Source: Enoplolaimus lenunculus
Lineage: Eukaryota
Assembly (NCBI GenBank): GCA_030248215.1
Contig: JASANG010003984.1
Location: 434,001-498,000, forward strand
Length of the DNA: 64,000 bases
Reading direction: 5' to 3'
The stretch's first letter is position 1. Each line of letters starts with the position of its first letter. A model generated the notes under the pieces. It did not search any database, was not told the DNA's origin, and worked only from the letters and a program-made list of their open reading frames with translations. The position numbers were made by a program, and so were the translations under genes. Shown piece by piece: positions 30,254 to 45,100 of this stretch.

Positions 30254-32220
30254 TGCAATTCTAGTGATTCCGAAACAATGTTGAATTATACAATTGGTAT
30301 TAAGGGTTTCAATAGATAAACAATAGGGTCACTAAATATTACGCCGCTGCTCCGTCCCCGGTCGAGGGCAAACCGAGTCTCCTATAGACCTACACCCATG
30401 GACTTACAATTATTTCCAACTTTACCGATATTCGGGATAACTTCCCATGTCTATTGGTATATCTGTATTTGTAATTATTTATTGTCATGATTGTCAAGTT
30501 TGTACAGTTACTCACGCATAGTTAGCTAGTAAATACTGCGGATTTCTTAATATAGCGTGCAGCCATTTATAGCGGTTATCAGCAATTCTGGGATAGATTT
30601 TCACACATTGGGAGCACAACAATCTGTTTAGTATCGGAATCCGAATAGTTCAAATGCTAGCAATCTCGATTTCGGGACCTGCATGACATACATGTGACAT
30701 TTTATTGGACGATAGGACACCCATATTCCGATCGGTCACAAATCCGGGTTTTTGACCAGTCCAGACCGTACAGAGCTTTCCGCTGGAATTTACTTATCAT
30801 TACGCGTATTAATCGTTAACCTGCATACATTAAGTTACAGAAATAGAAATCGGATATCTGAGCCAGTGCTAAATACAGTTACGTCCTTTGTAAATACCAA
30901 TGAAATTTTCTCAAAGCGATTTTGTCCTTCTAGCTCAGTAAATTTGACTTTTACAAAATAATTTATTTCCGAGTGGTCGTTGTTGAAGTATAACTGTCAC
31001 AATCAGTTACAAGAGAAGGCAGCTAAGGCAAGAGTTTCACTGCTAACAGTCGTGCAGAGCTGTTTGTATATCTGTTATTTAATCGAATTGTCAACTACTT
31101 AAATATCCGTCAGAATATTATGTAAATGGAATAATTTAGGCAAATGCATATACTAAGTTAGAATTTCTCACTTTGTGCAACGCCAAATTTAATGTATGCG
31201 CTAAGGCAATAAAGTTCTTTAATAGGGTTTACATTGGCGAGCATTTCTCAAATTTATGCCTTAACTTCTATTCTAAATGGAACTCGAGTCATAAAAAGCT
31301 TTCATCTAAGCCAATACTTAAATGTAAGTATAACTGTAGAGCTCAGTTCTAGTATAGTTACTAAATGTTTTTTATTTCGTTATGTATGATGAGATCCTTC
31401 TTGAATGCATAGGAAATGGAAGTGCAAAATGGTTCGTTTCAATAACATACAGGTAATCACTTAGCTATTGGAAATTGTATTCGGTACATGTTAATTTTTT
31501 TTATGTAGTGGATTTTTTTCTCGCAAGTTTTGTGGAACGTCGTTTCTGTGGTAGACACGAAGTTTTGCGGCTCTGGTATTTGGTAAATTAATACCTAATT
31601 GAACCCTGAACTGGAGTCGGATATATGTTTGAACTAGAGATAAGCCGGTGGCAGGATTTTAGCCAGGGTCAGGGCCATCAAAATACACTGAACTTCAAAA
31701 TTTATGTACTTTTTGCGTAAGAACGTATACACCTGGGACTACGATACTGTTGTTATATCGCGTCACGCGACGTTTTGTTTATGCTCCCATGTTATGAAGT
31801 TAGTGATAATGCATTTGTTATTTGCCATATCGCGTCATGCGGCATTTTGCATAGGGTAATATAATAAACTTGCTGTGCTGCGTTCAGATTCTGGCTAAAT
31901 TGCTCCACTTTGAACCCTCGGTTTTCCGCAATCAGCTTTTATTGTATGTATACATGTGTTTATTTGGGTACGCGGCATCTTCAAAGTCATGTAGGAACAA
32001 ATATAGAACCAATGTTCATGTTAAAGCAGTACTTAAAAACGACACGCTTGAAATGACGCAATGGCACGTCTTTGCTTCTAAACGAGAGCTAGATTTCTTT
32101 AAAAACAAAATTGGTTGGCACTGTATGATCAAGATAACGCCTTCCAAAACTTCTTTACAAAGTTTTGAGCAACGCCTGTACCGGGGTCGCACCTCGGAAA
32201 TGTTGTACTCGTGCCAAGCA

Positions 32221-32904
32221 TAGGGATAAGCGAGATCGAGACCGAGACGCAACTTACCGGGCCGAGATTTTGGTGTCGGTCTCGGTCAATTTTTAACTGT
32301 CATCGAAAATTAAGTTTTTTTCGAACAAAAGTTTTGAATATTTTTTATCTGCTCAGAATTGCCGTTTAATTCATACAATTAAACTAATGAATCGAAGCAA
32401 ACTTTATTTTTTAGTTTATTTATCACTTAGAAATCGTGACAAAACACAACGTAACAGACTCACACGTATGAAAATGAACCTAAGCGAATGATATGCGACC
32501 GTCAGAGCCAATGATGAAAACTTTACTTGCTGATCGACTCTAAAAAGTTTATTAATTTTGCATGTGCTGTTCAATTTTATGTCAAAATGTGGTAAAATAT
32601 TCGCTTTCGGGGAACTTGAGACTTTTGTTAAAATAGCCATAGTGTTGTGGGAGGAAGGTAAACAAGAACCTAATTTTTAGTGGTTCACACATATACATTT
32701 AGTCGAGAATTGGGCAAAACATTGCAACGTCCTTTCGTCATCCTCAAACTAGCTCAGCTATAATAGCAATTGTTTATCGTTTTTTCGCCTGTTTAGTCTC
32801 GGTTTGCAAACCACCGAGACCCATGAAAAGCGAGGCCGAGACCGAAACCAGCCAAATCCCGAGACTTGCCAAGACAGAGACCGAGTCCGATACCGCCCAT
32901 CCCT
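32221..32904. mobile_element. hAT-like MITE with gagacc subrepeats
   Basis: tagggataagcgagatcgagaccgagac...gagtccgataccgcccatccctg. Flanks gccaagca/ggcaaaca match at 6/8. Confidence 0.6.
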
Positions 32905-33125
32905 GGGCAAACATGCTACTACTACACCTCTCAGTCCTTTTCATACCAATCACTTTGTGTTTACGCTGTGTTTAGTTTTGATGTACAAAGTTGAAGGCCA
33001 ATCCTTATGTTTGTAAATTAAAAAACTTTAAACACCCTGTAATGAATCATCTGACTTTCACTGCAATAATTACATTTTGTTTCAGCTGCTTCTTTAAAAG
33101 CAGTAGCGCCGCTTTATAATTAATA

Positions 33126-36100
33126 ATGAGATTATACAGTTATACTCGGTATCATATCGCCGTGACAATATTTTTTCTGCATGTATGCTTCGGATTAAAA
33201 CACAGAGGTGAATAAAATTTTTTAATGGAAACGTGTAGGTTGTTGGTTAATTATAGTGAGATTGTAATAGGAGCCTTAATTTTCAAGTATTAAGTTTTTT
33301 AGTAGTTTTCTGACAGATTAAACAAACTTATGCGTACTTATGATACCAATAATTTTGTTTTAGCCCCAGTCTTTGATAATCCATCTGGCGTCTACACAGG
33401 CGATATTTCCGAAAATAGTGCTCCTGAAAGCGTGGTAAATGTTTTTCCGCCTATCAAAGTGATTTTCGGCAGTGGTAAGTTTCGTATTAATACGAATACC
33501 GTCTCGTAATAAATTGTGGTTGGGGAAAATATATGTACATTTTTATGTATAAATGTATGACCACCATTGTTCAATTTTCAGTGCTGTCTGTCCGGCAGAA
33601 TTGATGAAATATATGTAACGTACAACTGCGTACATGCTTCAAAATGAAATATTACATTCATTTTTTCTGAAAAAATATCCCAGTCAGAACGTTCGCGTCT
33701 TAATTCGGTAATTTTCTGAGTGAATGTGCAGTTGATATATGTGTTATTTCACTATTCAAAATTAACTATATATAATTGGATGAATAGTTTCGTCGAACTA
33801 ACTCACATTTCATACCCTTCTAAAATCAGTGTGATAGCAACAGTAATTAGGGTGGCACCGAATCCACGATTTGACCTAATCCGAATTCGAATCCATTGCT
33901 AATTTGCCGAATCCGAATCTGAATCTTGCCTGTTGGAAATTTCAGTTATATCTATAATTTGTTTGAGAATATCAACGCAATGCCAGCCGCATAACTTACA
34001 AACGTTAATATATTTTGTGCCCGTCCTCAGTTTGAAATTTGTGACTTGAAACAATTTTTAATATAACAAGATATATATACTTTAAATTTTTATTGCTTAA
34101 AACTAAAAACATATTGCCGAACACTGTTGGATTCGGCTTTTGGATTCGAATTTTTCACAACCGAATACGAATCCGAACCGCAGATTTTTGCCGTATCCGA
34201 ATCCGAACTTTTGTTGCCACCCTGCATCGAGTACCGAGTTTGCCGATTTATTGTATATATAATTTACAGTATAGTTTTGATTGTGGATTGCGAAGGGACC
34301 ATGCCAGCGAAGACCATACTTAGAAATGTTAGGAGGTGTAATTTTCTGTGAAACTTGTTCAACCCCAACCCACGGAAAAAAGAGTTGTTACGTATATGCA
34401 TCTACGTATTTCATTTTATTGACCATGTCGTATAATATAATTTATATATCTTGAATTGCTTTATTACAGATTCTTTGTATTGTCAGCTAACTTAATACAC
34501 CTGTTGGATTTTCGAATTGGTCTGTAAATTCCTGAATGTAAATATCAGAATCAAGTTTATCACATCAAGATAATTTTGGGCTGAATCAGGTTGATGTTGT
34601 GTGTGAATTCTGAGTTGAATGCAATGAGTGACATTATGTAGTGATAAATGACGGATTCTGAAATTTCTGAATGGGGCGGCACGCAATATATGTTTTGGTA
34701 CGTACTAAATCTTAATATATAGATATAATACAAAATTGTGGTTTTGATCCGGTTTAAGTGGGCATCGCCTGGGTGGTGCCCCTTTAATCAGCCAGTAGTA
34801 CTTGTTTAAGTTTTAAGTAGTTTTGTTCTATTTATATACTGTGTATGTAGTATTAAAGGATTGCATATACATATATCTGTCTGCCAGTCGCCAGCATAGC
34901 TTGTTGTCCCCGTAGGACCGTATTTGAATGTCTATAGCACTAATTATCAGCTAGCGATAATTGATGTAATATTTGGAAAAACAGTGAGGTTTGAAGTTCA
35001 GCACATTGTTATTTGATTTGTCATTGTTCTGTTCCAATTTTCAGATTCACAATATTGCAGTAGTTCGTCATTTTTTACAAAACCTATTGTAAACTCGCGC
35101 GCAGGGTGTGACCGTATATCCAGTTCGATTGGATGCTGTATATTTATGGTTGTGCGAATATCATAAAACTGCTTTTTATATGCGCACATTGTTATTTAAC
35201 GTCTTGCTGCGATTGTATTTCCGGATTAGTCAAGAAACTCAATTTTTAAACACTGAAGTAAAACACGAAAAATCCAAGCTAGCAATTTTAATTTAGTAAA
35301 CGTACACTTTTGTGCGACTCGAACAATTTCCAACACAGCACAAAGTAAGATGTCATATCTGGTCAATATCCGGTTTAGCTAAAAATTCTCTATCCGGTTC
35401 CGATGTTCGGTAAATTAATATCCGATCGCATTCAACTAATTAATTATGGGTGCTATATTACGTATGCATTTGTAACAACGTATAGCCCATGATCTGAGAC
35501 ATAAATTAGACGGTGTAATTATTTCGCGTTTTCGTATAGTTGTTTGAAATCTAGTTCCAGTAAAAATCACTATCCAGTTCCGGTGTCCGGTAAATTAGTA
35601 TCCGATCGCAATCTGCTAACTAATGATTGGTACTATGCGCATTATTTTGTAACTTAGGTATGCCTAGTTTTCAGAGACTATGTAACGGACCAACTGTGTC
35701 TAAACACCTCAAGGTCTCTATCAATGGATATCTATCTATCTAATATATATATAGTCAATGATCTGAGACATAAATCAGATTGTGCAATTATATACGTATT
35801 TCAGCTTGTTTGTATAGTTGTTTGAAATTTTTCAAACAGTTACATTGCTAAGCCAAACAGATTGACTTCGTTCTGTGAGCGGTGCTTTTGGTTGAAGTTA
35901 GTAAGATGCCGTACTGAGGCTTGAGGCATATTTGTTTGTGGTTTTATAGTTTAGCTGTATATATGTATCAACAACTACTAAGTGTAAAAAAATATATCGA
36001 ATGGCTGTATGCAAGTTAGCTATGTCATTACTGTTGTGTTTTTTGTGTGTGTGTCCTATTCACTGTGGCATATTTCAAGGTTTCACACCCGTCCGCGGTG

Positions 36101-39100
36101 CAAACATGGTATCAATAGCTAAATAAGTATGTAATGTGTTACATAGGGTTTGGGTTCTGATACCTACACACACATAAAGATCAGGGGCGTAGCCTGGGTT
36201 TTGAAGAGGGGTTTTGTTGCGCGGTCGATAAACATTCTGAGAGTGGTTTCTTGTATTAACAACAACAACAACAACAACTGTGAAAGTTGTTAGTATTCCA
36301 TTTCGGAAGTTGAAAATGGACAGTTTTGACTTATTAACTGCGTTGGCTACGCCCTTGATATAGATATATTACTGTGTACATAGTTTTGTATTTATGTTTA
36401 TAAATAAATATATTGGCCAAACGTTGATAACAGTTAAAGTCAATTATTTAGCTGTATAGCATTGTGAGGTTATATTGCGCGGCGTGAAATGGTGATTGTG
36501 CTTAAGTAGGCTTCGTTGTATAGATCTGAGGGTATGCTTTAGACTGAACAGAGTAGAATTCGTGGCTTATCATAAGCAACAGATGTGAAGCAGACGTACG
36601 TATAAATTGAGATGGAGATTAAAATTAGGGGCAAATGAACATTTTGTGCAAAGGTTAGCTGGTATTTTGAAGTGATATATACGGATTGGACGAATAATGT
36701 ATATACGTATAAATAAACCTGAAACAGTCATTCAGCACCAACGTTCAACGGTTGTGATTAGGGTTGTGCCGATGCCAAAATGTTTGCCGATGCCGATTCT
36801 TATTTTGAAATTTTGCCGATGCCGATTCCAACTTTAGTACACCATGTTTAATAAACAGATAGGATACTACATTACATCATTATATGAAAACTTACGTAAA
36901 CCCTAACCATCATGAACGATTATAATTGTATAAGAACTGGTTTGCTTCAATTAATTTTTTCAAACACAAACGCAAGTAGCAGTTTTCCTCGCGAGGCACA
37001 CTGATACGCGATCAGAAATGAACTTCATAGTATTCAAACTGACTGTTATGTGCAAAAAGTATCGGCAAAGAACAAAAGTGCTGATGCCGATGCGGATACT
37101 CACGAAAAGTGCCGATTATTACCGATGCCGATTAATCGGCACATCCGTAAGTTGTGATTGTGGCAAATATTGACATACAGTTTCGGTGTCTTTCTGCATC
37201 TATTGTTAAAGTTTATGGTAAAACAACTTCTGGTGCGTGATGTGGGGTTATGAATAAATATATATGCCTGTTATGCGTTACTGGAAACACTGAATGACGT
37301 CCGGTACCGTGGCCCGCATACTAAATTGTAGGTATACCAACAAAAATGTTTTGATATCCGGTGTCGTATGACAATTATATATTGTGCAACCTTGGTTTTG
37401 AATTTTATATATATAATATATATATTATATATAAATATATATAATATATATTATATAAATCAAGAAGAGCCATAATAAATCAAGAAGAGCCATATTATGG
37501 TTGTGCTTGTTTGAGTTTTCCTTGAAAAAGTTGCAACGAGGCTAATTTGGTAAGGTACTATATGTACGTAATCTTGGTTGTTAACCTGTTGTTATTCAAA
37601 AACTGGTTGAGTTGAGAGGGTCGACGATGTACGGAACTATCATATGCTTACAAGTATATGAGTGTCCATGAAGGCGGCTTTTGGGAAATAGTTAGTATAC
37701 AATGGGATTTTGTGCTAAATTTTATTTATGAATAAATTCAAACATGCTAGGACTCGGAGTAGTTTGGTGTTCGTTGTAAAACGGGGAAAGCTAGTGTGAT
37801 AGGGTTATGTAATTACCACCCAAAGTGTAACAGCCAGTTAACCTGGAACGATTTTTGCCCAACGTACGAATGCTTATATACCGACAAATAGGTCACTTTA
37901 GATACCTATTGCAATGTATATATAGCTAGCAAGCTTTGTGCAAGGTGTCAGATTGTGTTGTAAAAAATAGAAAAATTGTGTAACGTGTACAAAAATGACA
38001 AAACTAGATTTGGTACCACACAGAGTGCAAAGCGGGACTGAATTATACTGGAATCGTAATCTGAACAGCAAATTTATACTGGAATCGTAATCCGAATGGG
38101 AACTAGAAATTTTGTGACTGTACGAATAATTTGTGCTGACAAATATAATATTGGTTTACGGTGTCTGTTGGCTGGCAACAATTTTTAAAAATGTCGCATG
38201 AACAAATTGGCGATGATTTCTGGTTTTGTAATGCTAAACTACAATCAATTATTGATAAGTTAACTCATCGAAAACAATTTAATAGATAAATGATATATAC
38301 AGAATTTTTATGCAGCATATCACAACAGGTAGGAGGCCTACAATTGAAACGTCAAAATTCCGATTCCGATTGATTGTGCAATCGCAATCGGAACTCGGTT
38401 TGAATCGGAATTCTAAGCGCAATCGGAATCACGGTTGCACCATGGTGTGCCACCCATATGTATATAATATTATGCCAGTTAGATCTAGTGATAACGTAAA
38501 AATTGTGTAGAATTTGTTTGCTGATTTTAGGACCGATTTGTGAGTACGTGTTGGAAGATTTTACTCGAGACTCAAGCAGTTCCAATGGATTGGCAACTGG
38601 TAACGACGATATTCCGTTTAAGATTGAAATATTAAACAATGAAACGGGTCTGGCTCAAGTGAAAATCATTGGTGATGTCAAGAATTCTACAGAACGCGTT
38701 GACGGTGGTCAATCTGGCTTGCTGGATTGTGAAATAGAACCGGTGTATACGTTGCGGATCGTAGCGGTGCCATGTGACGGTGACGGTGGACGGACAGTAT
38801 CTGATAGGTATGTTGCATTGGTTATTAGGGGGTGGTTGGTTATGGAACCATTTATATATTCTCTAGGACAAGAGTGAAACTTTTTTTGAAGGGTTCAACA
38901 AGTTTATGGTCGGTCTTGTAACGCCGATATGGGTTAAGATGTATTAACGAACAAGGTCTCCGGTTATACAGTTGTCTATCGGTACTGCAGAAAACTACTG
39001 ATTCTTTGCCGATAGTTTTGTACTTCGCAGTGAGTTGGAATGCTATCATTTTCACTTGTTGGCATATATCAATGCATCTGATTGCGAAAACTGTAAGCTG

Positions 39101-42100
39101 TGTCCGTTGTGTTTGTGTTTAAATTGGAAAATAAGAATCGGCACGGGCAGAAATTTTGGTATCATCACGTCACTAATACATAATTCGTAATATGTCTGTT
39201 AAATCAGAATTACGTAGCTTCCAAGTTTCGATATTTATTAATCGACAGCTGCCGATAACCCAGATAACCTTGAAGTTGCTTAGATACATAAGTCCAGAGT
39301 ATTTTTTACAATTATTGCATCATTATGTAACTGCAGTGGCGTTATATATGTTCGTGCAGTTATAGTAAACTGTGAATGCAGTACATAGTCAAAAGTAGTG
39401 TAAATGATGTGATGATATTAATTACATTTTTTAAAATGTAATTCTGCATTATTTGTGTGGTTAAAATTACGTTTTTGAAACTTAAACTTTTTAAGTAGCT
39501 AAGTAATTTTTCTATATATGCGATCCTATCGTTTCAGAAATATTATTCAGATGCTACGGAACCGGAATCGTGAAAATATAGAATTTATGCACTGGAACGG
39601 GAATTGCCGGTTGCACTATACTCGCATAGTAGGGATTAAGGCAACATAGCAGGTATTAAGGCAATGTATCCTACTATGGACTAGAAGAAATGCGTGATAA
39701 TTTTTAGCTTAGACAGACATTTGACCGCATTACCTGTACGTTCTTTGATAAATTATACGTTTTGGTCCACGTAACAACAGTTTTACTGGCTGGAAGTGGT
39801 AGATTTGTGTTCATCGTTTATGAAAATATTGTGTACAATTGTCTAAAAGAAACGTATATTTATTAATATGGGACAAATAGAGTTTTTTCTATTGCGCTTT
39901 TTCAAGTTTTTTTTGTTTATAAAAGAAAGATAGTAAACCTGAAAAAAATGTGGGCTGTACTTTAAATGAAACATGTCTGTGTAGGTACACATGTGAATTT
40001 TGGTAGACCAATGCTCATCAATCATACGGCAGTGGTTTGTGTATGCATAGATGAGACGTAATCGCTCATAATTTTGTAATAAAGTCCAGACTAATGTCTG
40101 GACTTGATAGCTGGGGTATACGAAGCAAAATGAAAAAATGAGTTGGTTCAGAGTTTGCAGTAGGAATACGAACGCGGTAAGAGCATTTATTTGTCCATAA
40201 CGCGTGAAATGTAATTTAGTGTAATTTTAATCCAGCTCATCGCGCTGGGTCGAATGGGGTATATCGATTTGGACGAAATTTAGCAATAATTTTCGAGGTT
40301 CAAAGGAGACTTGATAACTGGACGCCGCAACGAATTTTGCAAAATTAAATTGGATTTTGAATATTCAGGGTCTGAAGTGATGATTAGAAGCGGAGATATG
40401 ATTGGAGGAAAATTGCAAAATTTAATCTGGCACTTTGTTTAACTGATACGTGGCTTGATGGATGACGCAAAAGACGCCGCGTACGTTACTCAACTGTACA
40501 GTGGAAACGGTATGTTGACAGAAACATAGAACACAATTTGTGGAAGCAGTTTTTTATTTGTTTTCAGCAGCGTTTTACGAATCTCAGTACGCGATGTGAA
40601 CGAATTCAAACCGAAGTTCGATCGTAATTGGTATGAAACAACGATTGAAGAGCGCCGTGTGTACGATCGAATAATGCAAATTTCGGCAACTGACGTAGAC
40701 TGCGGGCCGCCTGGTGAACCCAGACGTGTCTGCGGGTATCGCTTGACTCATGAACCGCAGGGGCCCAACGATGTGGGTGATCGTGGCCCGGTTTTTGTGA
40801 TAGATGATAACGGTAAGTTGGTGCAGAGTCTGTTGTATACTTGTTTTCGGCCTTGCAAACTAGTGGTAGTTTAATAAAAATACTAAAGTCCGCCACGGCG
40901 GTTATAATATTACATCATGTGTGTGACCGGATATCTGAATACGGTAAAATATCCGGCCAGAAACCGATATCCGTGTCCGGTATTCGGTATAAACCAACCG
41001 GAAATTTACGGCGGTGATCCAGAAATTCATAAAACTGCTTTTATAAATGACCATTAATATCACCGGGCTGCGACTGCTTTCTTGGGCATGTCATTGTCAA
41101 GAAGGTCAAACTTGGATGTATTGAAGTAAAAAGTAAAAAAAAATCAAGTTAACAATCAATTCTAGTTTAGTAAACATGTACTTTTGTGCGACTCATATGC
41201 ATGAAACAGTGGAGCAGTTCAGATGCAATTATCCGGTTAATATCCGATTCCGGTAAATCATTCACTATCCGGTTTCGGTTCCAGTATCAGGGAAGTCAAT
41301 ATCTGGTCGCACCTCGATTGTCACATACTTAGGGCTTGGGTTCAAGTTCCTTATGTGCGGAGAGGTGTGCCGTTATACCTGAGTTGCTGGAGGATGCTTA
41401 ACAATGTTTGGATCGCAAAACGATGTTCAAAATGTTATTGTTATTTCAGGCGTCATTAGCAATCGAAAACCGCTGGCGTACGAAACTTCACACGCGTATA
41501 TTCTGACAGTGACTGCTGTTGATTGCGGTGAACTTGAAGATGGGGTGACAAAACGAACCCTTGAAAGCGAGCCGGCATTTATCAAAATTAACATTCATCA
41601 AAATTGTGCGTTTGGGTTTCAAAGTAAGATACGACTTTGAATGTTTCTTTGTGAGACATCAGTTTTTACATTGATTGCTGTTGGTATTACTGCCGACCCG
41701 GGTTTAATACTTTTGCTCTCAGTATGTGGGATTTTGATTCAGCAAAATATTATAGTTTTGTTGGTAAATACCTTTACTAGGCATTATTTTTAATGAATGG
41801 AATCATCGTTTTTCATTGCTAAAATAGTTTTTTGCAGAACATTTCGTTGGGCAAGAAAATACTTTGTAGGCAACACTGGAATTGAAGTTGATGCATGTTC
41901 CGGAAAATTTTTTGAAATCCTTAAGAAGATATAGGGACCAATTTCTTTATTTCTATTCTGATATTAAGCGTGGAATTGGCAGATTTTCCCTTCGTCAAGA
42001 GTATTTTTCTGCGATGGCACATTTTCCCTTCGTCAAAGTATATTTCTGTGAGAGCTACTTAGTTGTACAATCATTTTTGTTTGGTTTCAGATATCCGCAA

Positions 42101-45100
42101 TCGAATTGAATATTCGGCTGACACAAGCGTTAAACATCTTGCCGTTTATCGGAATTTAAATTTAAGTTTGTGTAGCATTAACTGTTCAAACGCGATTGCC
42201 CTGAACGCAACTGTAACGTTGAGCTCTGAACATATCGGCCGTGGTTGTGATAGAGGCATTGGTTCTGTTGAAAATCAAGTTGCCACGTGCGGTAAGTCGT
42301 CAAAAATTTGGTTTGGGTTTAAGATTTTGGGCAGAGGTGTATATTTTATGTCCTAGATGCAGTCATTAATTGATTGAGTTAAACTGAGGGAGTGCAGTGC
42401 TATACTTGTCCTCGGGTTCTGGACGCAAAATTATTGATATGTGATCGCACCCTGTTGCTATAGACTGAAAACGGTGTCATATGGGGAATGCTTAGGAGAA
42501 TAAGCAGATAATAAATCAATTGAAGATACGTTTATCTCTAATGTTAATAGACCAATCGCAGAAAGGTTATAGGTTTCTGTAGATATTACAAGACAAGTAT
42601 AATGCAAGTAGGAGTTGCTAGTAGATGTCAGTAATTGAACATCAGTGTTGCAGGAATGAACGCAGAAACGGTTGATTTGTTTTCGGAAACGCGTAAGCGC
42701 GAAGCTTTGCATTTTGAAAACGAAATAGACAGCTCCGGAATTGCACAGGATCGTGCTGAAACTGATCAAGTAAGCAAAGTTCTGTGACAATTTTAAGCCC
42801 CCTATGGAGGTTCGTGAACAACATGATTGCGATGTTACTGGTAATTACGTTAAACATATGGTTGTTTTAGAACACAATTTTATTATGTAATTTCAGTGTT
42901 GGGTGCAGAAGAAGGGTTTGCGCTGTGGGATTAAGTCAAAATCATTTTAACGAAACTTTTTGTTAGTAAAAATTTTGCTTGTATATTTGGTTTATTGAAT
43001 CGTATGATTGTATAAATAATTAACATACACACAAACGAAAATATTAAGTAAGGCGTTCTCGGATTGCAGTGGAAAGATTTAATTCAGCGGTGTTTATAGT
43101 TCAAAAAAGTTTTGTCAAACTGTAGCTCGAAAAGTGCTGTTTAATATTGTAATAATATGTTCTTAATTAATGACGGTTTAACTTAAAATTTGAGACGATG
43201 CTCACGTATGCCAAGGTTCACAGTTTGAACATTTATGTATATGTTCACTTTGCACATTATTTTAGTCTTATTATTTCGATGGGAAAAACAACGCAATCGT
43301 GGTGGATCAAGAAATTTTGCGTCGAATTCCTGATAAATTTACGCTGACGTTTTGGATGAAGCATGAACCGCAAGCACGCACTGGAGAGCATGACGATGTT
43401 GATTTGTTAAAATATCGACGTAAAGATAACATACTGTGTTCATCCGATGATCATAGTAAGATACTTAGCTGATGTTTGTAGGGAAATTTTTGTTTTAAAT
43501 TCTAGTATCGCAAAAGTGGAAAATGTTAAGGTTTATAGTAGCTGAAGGCTTTTAAGGCTAGAACTATCTTGTCAAATGACTCTGAATGATTCTACGGCAA
43601 ATGTTACGCTGGAATGTATGTCGTAATATTAAGTGTAGATTAAACAGTAACCAACGATTTTGTAATCAATCGATTTGTTGTAATACTGGGGCTGTTAAAG
43701 ATATTCCACTAGACGTAGATCACACCGTCAATTTGTGCATTGGTGAGCAATCTTTGGTAAATATTTTGCGAAAAGGATTAGTGTCTTGCGTATAAGTCAA
43801 TTTGTGTGTACACTACGCGGTTGCAGCTCACAATATGTGATTGTTGTTTTGTGTTATATTTTTTATTTGCAGAATTGAATCGGCATCATTTTGCGTTGTA
43901 CATTCGCAATTGCAAATTAGAAATGTTATTTCGACACGAAATAAAACATAACGGGGACACTGAGAAACCGGACGCCAGTAATTTTGGCCCGGCAGAGTGG
44001 CGTTGGCAAGCGGATGAAGTGTGCGACGGCGGGTGGCATCAATATGTGCTGAACGTGGATTTTCCAAAAGTAAATCGATATTTTATTAGTTTATTGACGC
44101 CGGATATCAGGATATGAACAATATAATGATTGAAGTTACTTCGAAATAAAATTTATAAGTCAATACTTTGGAGCCCATGTTACTTTGAGGTGTGAACCAT
44201 TGTTCGACGGGAATATAATAGAGTAAGCTTTAACATTAGACTACTTTTTACTTAGGCTTAGGCTTAATTATGTTTGCATATGTTTCATTTCGTATTATCT
44301 TATTCAGGTTGATTTGTATGTCGATGGTGAGCGGTTTGAAGAAACCGATGACAATAGTGAAGTATTGGACGACTGGCCAATGCATTCAGCGAAAAATATT
44401 CAGGTAAAGTTATCCACTGGCGTCTTCGGGGTCAAGTACTTGGGTCGCGTCGAGCAGCATATTCTTAATTTTCCATCGTGAGTGCGATTACTTGCAATCA
44501 TATAAAAATTCGTAGTTTGTCACCTTAACACTAAATTTTATTTTATTAATTTACTGTGTTAACTGGTAAATGTAATATATTCAAACATCTTTCAATATAA
44601 TTACTTTTAGTTTTAGAATGGCACTATGCTTAAAATTTTTTACCGTCGTTAGGCGCCGTCTGCCACCATGCGCCGCAGAGCTCGCGCACGATGCACCACG
44701 GTGACGTACAGAGACCTTCGTCGACGCACGGCGCCACCGGCAAGTATAGCACCAGCCGTATTATTTTCATCATTTTAGCAGTATGAAATGTGTAACCAAA
44801 AACAATATATTGCAAAATGTTAATGTTTGTCCTAAACTTTCAGACGAAAACGGTCATCGGCGCATGCTGGCATGGTCGTACGTCGTCGATGTCACAATTT
44901 TTCAACGGTTACTTAGCAGGTATGACACTTTTGAGCGGTAAAACTGAATCGAATGACGTCATACGGTGTTTGCATATGTGTCGCGAAACGTTAGATATTT
45001 TGCCGGACGATAATTTGGCTGCAGAGTCAGGAACGGTGAGTTTAATTTATACAGGTCTGAGCTATGTGGTAGGAATGTAGTATTTTTAGTCTAAGTCTAT

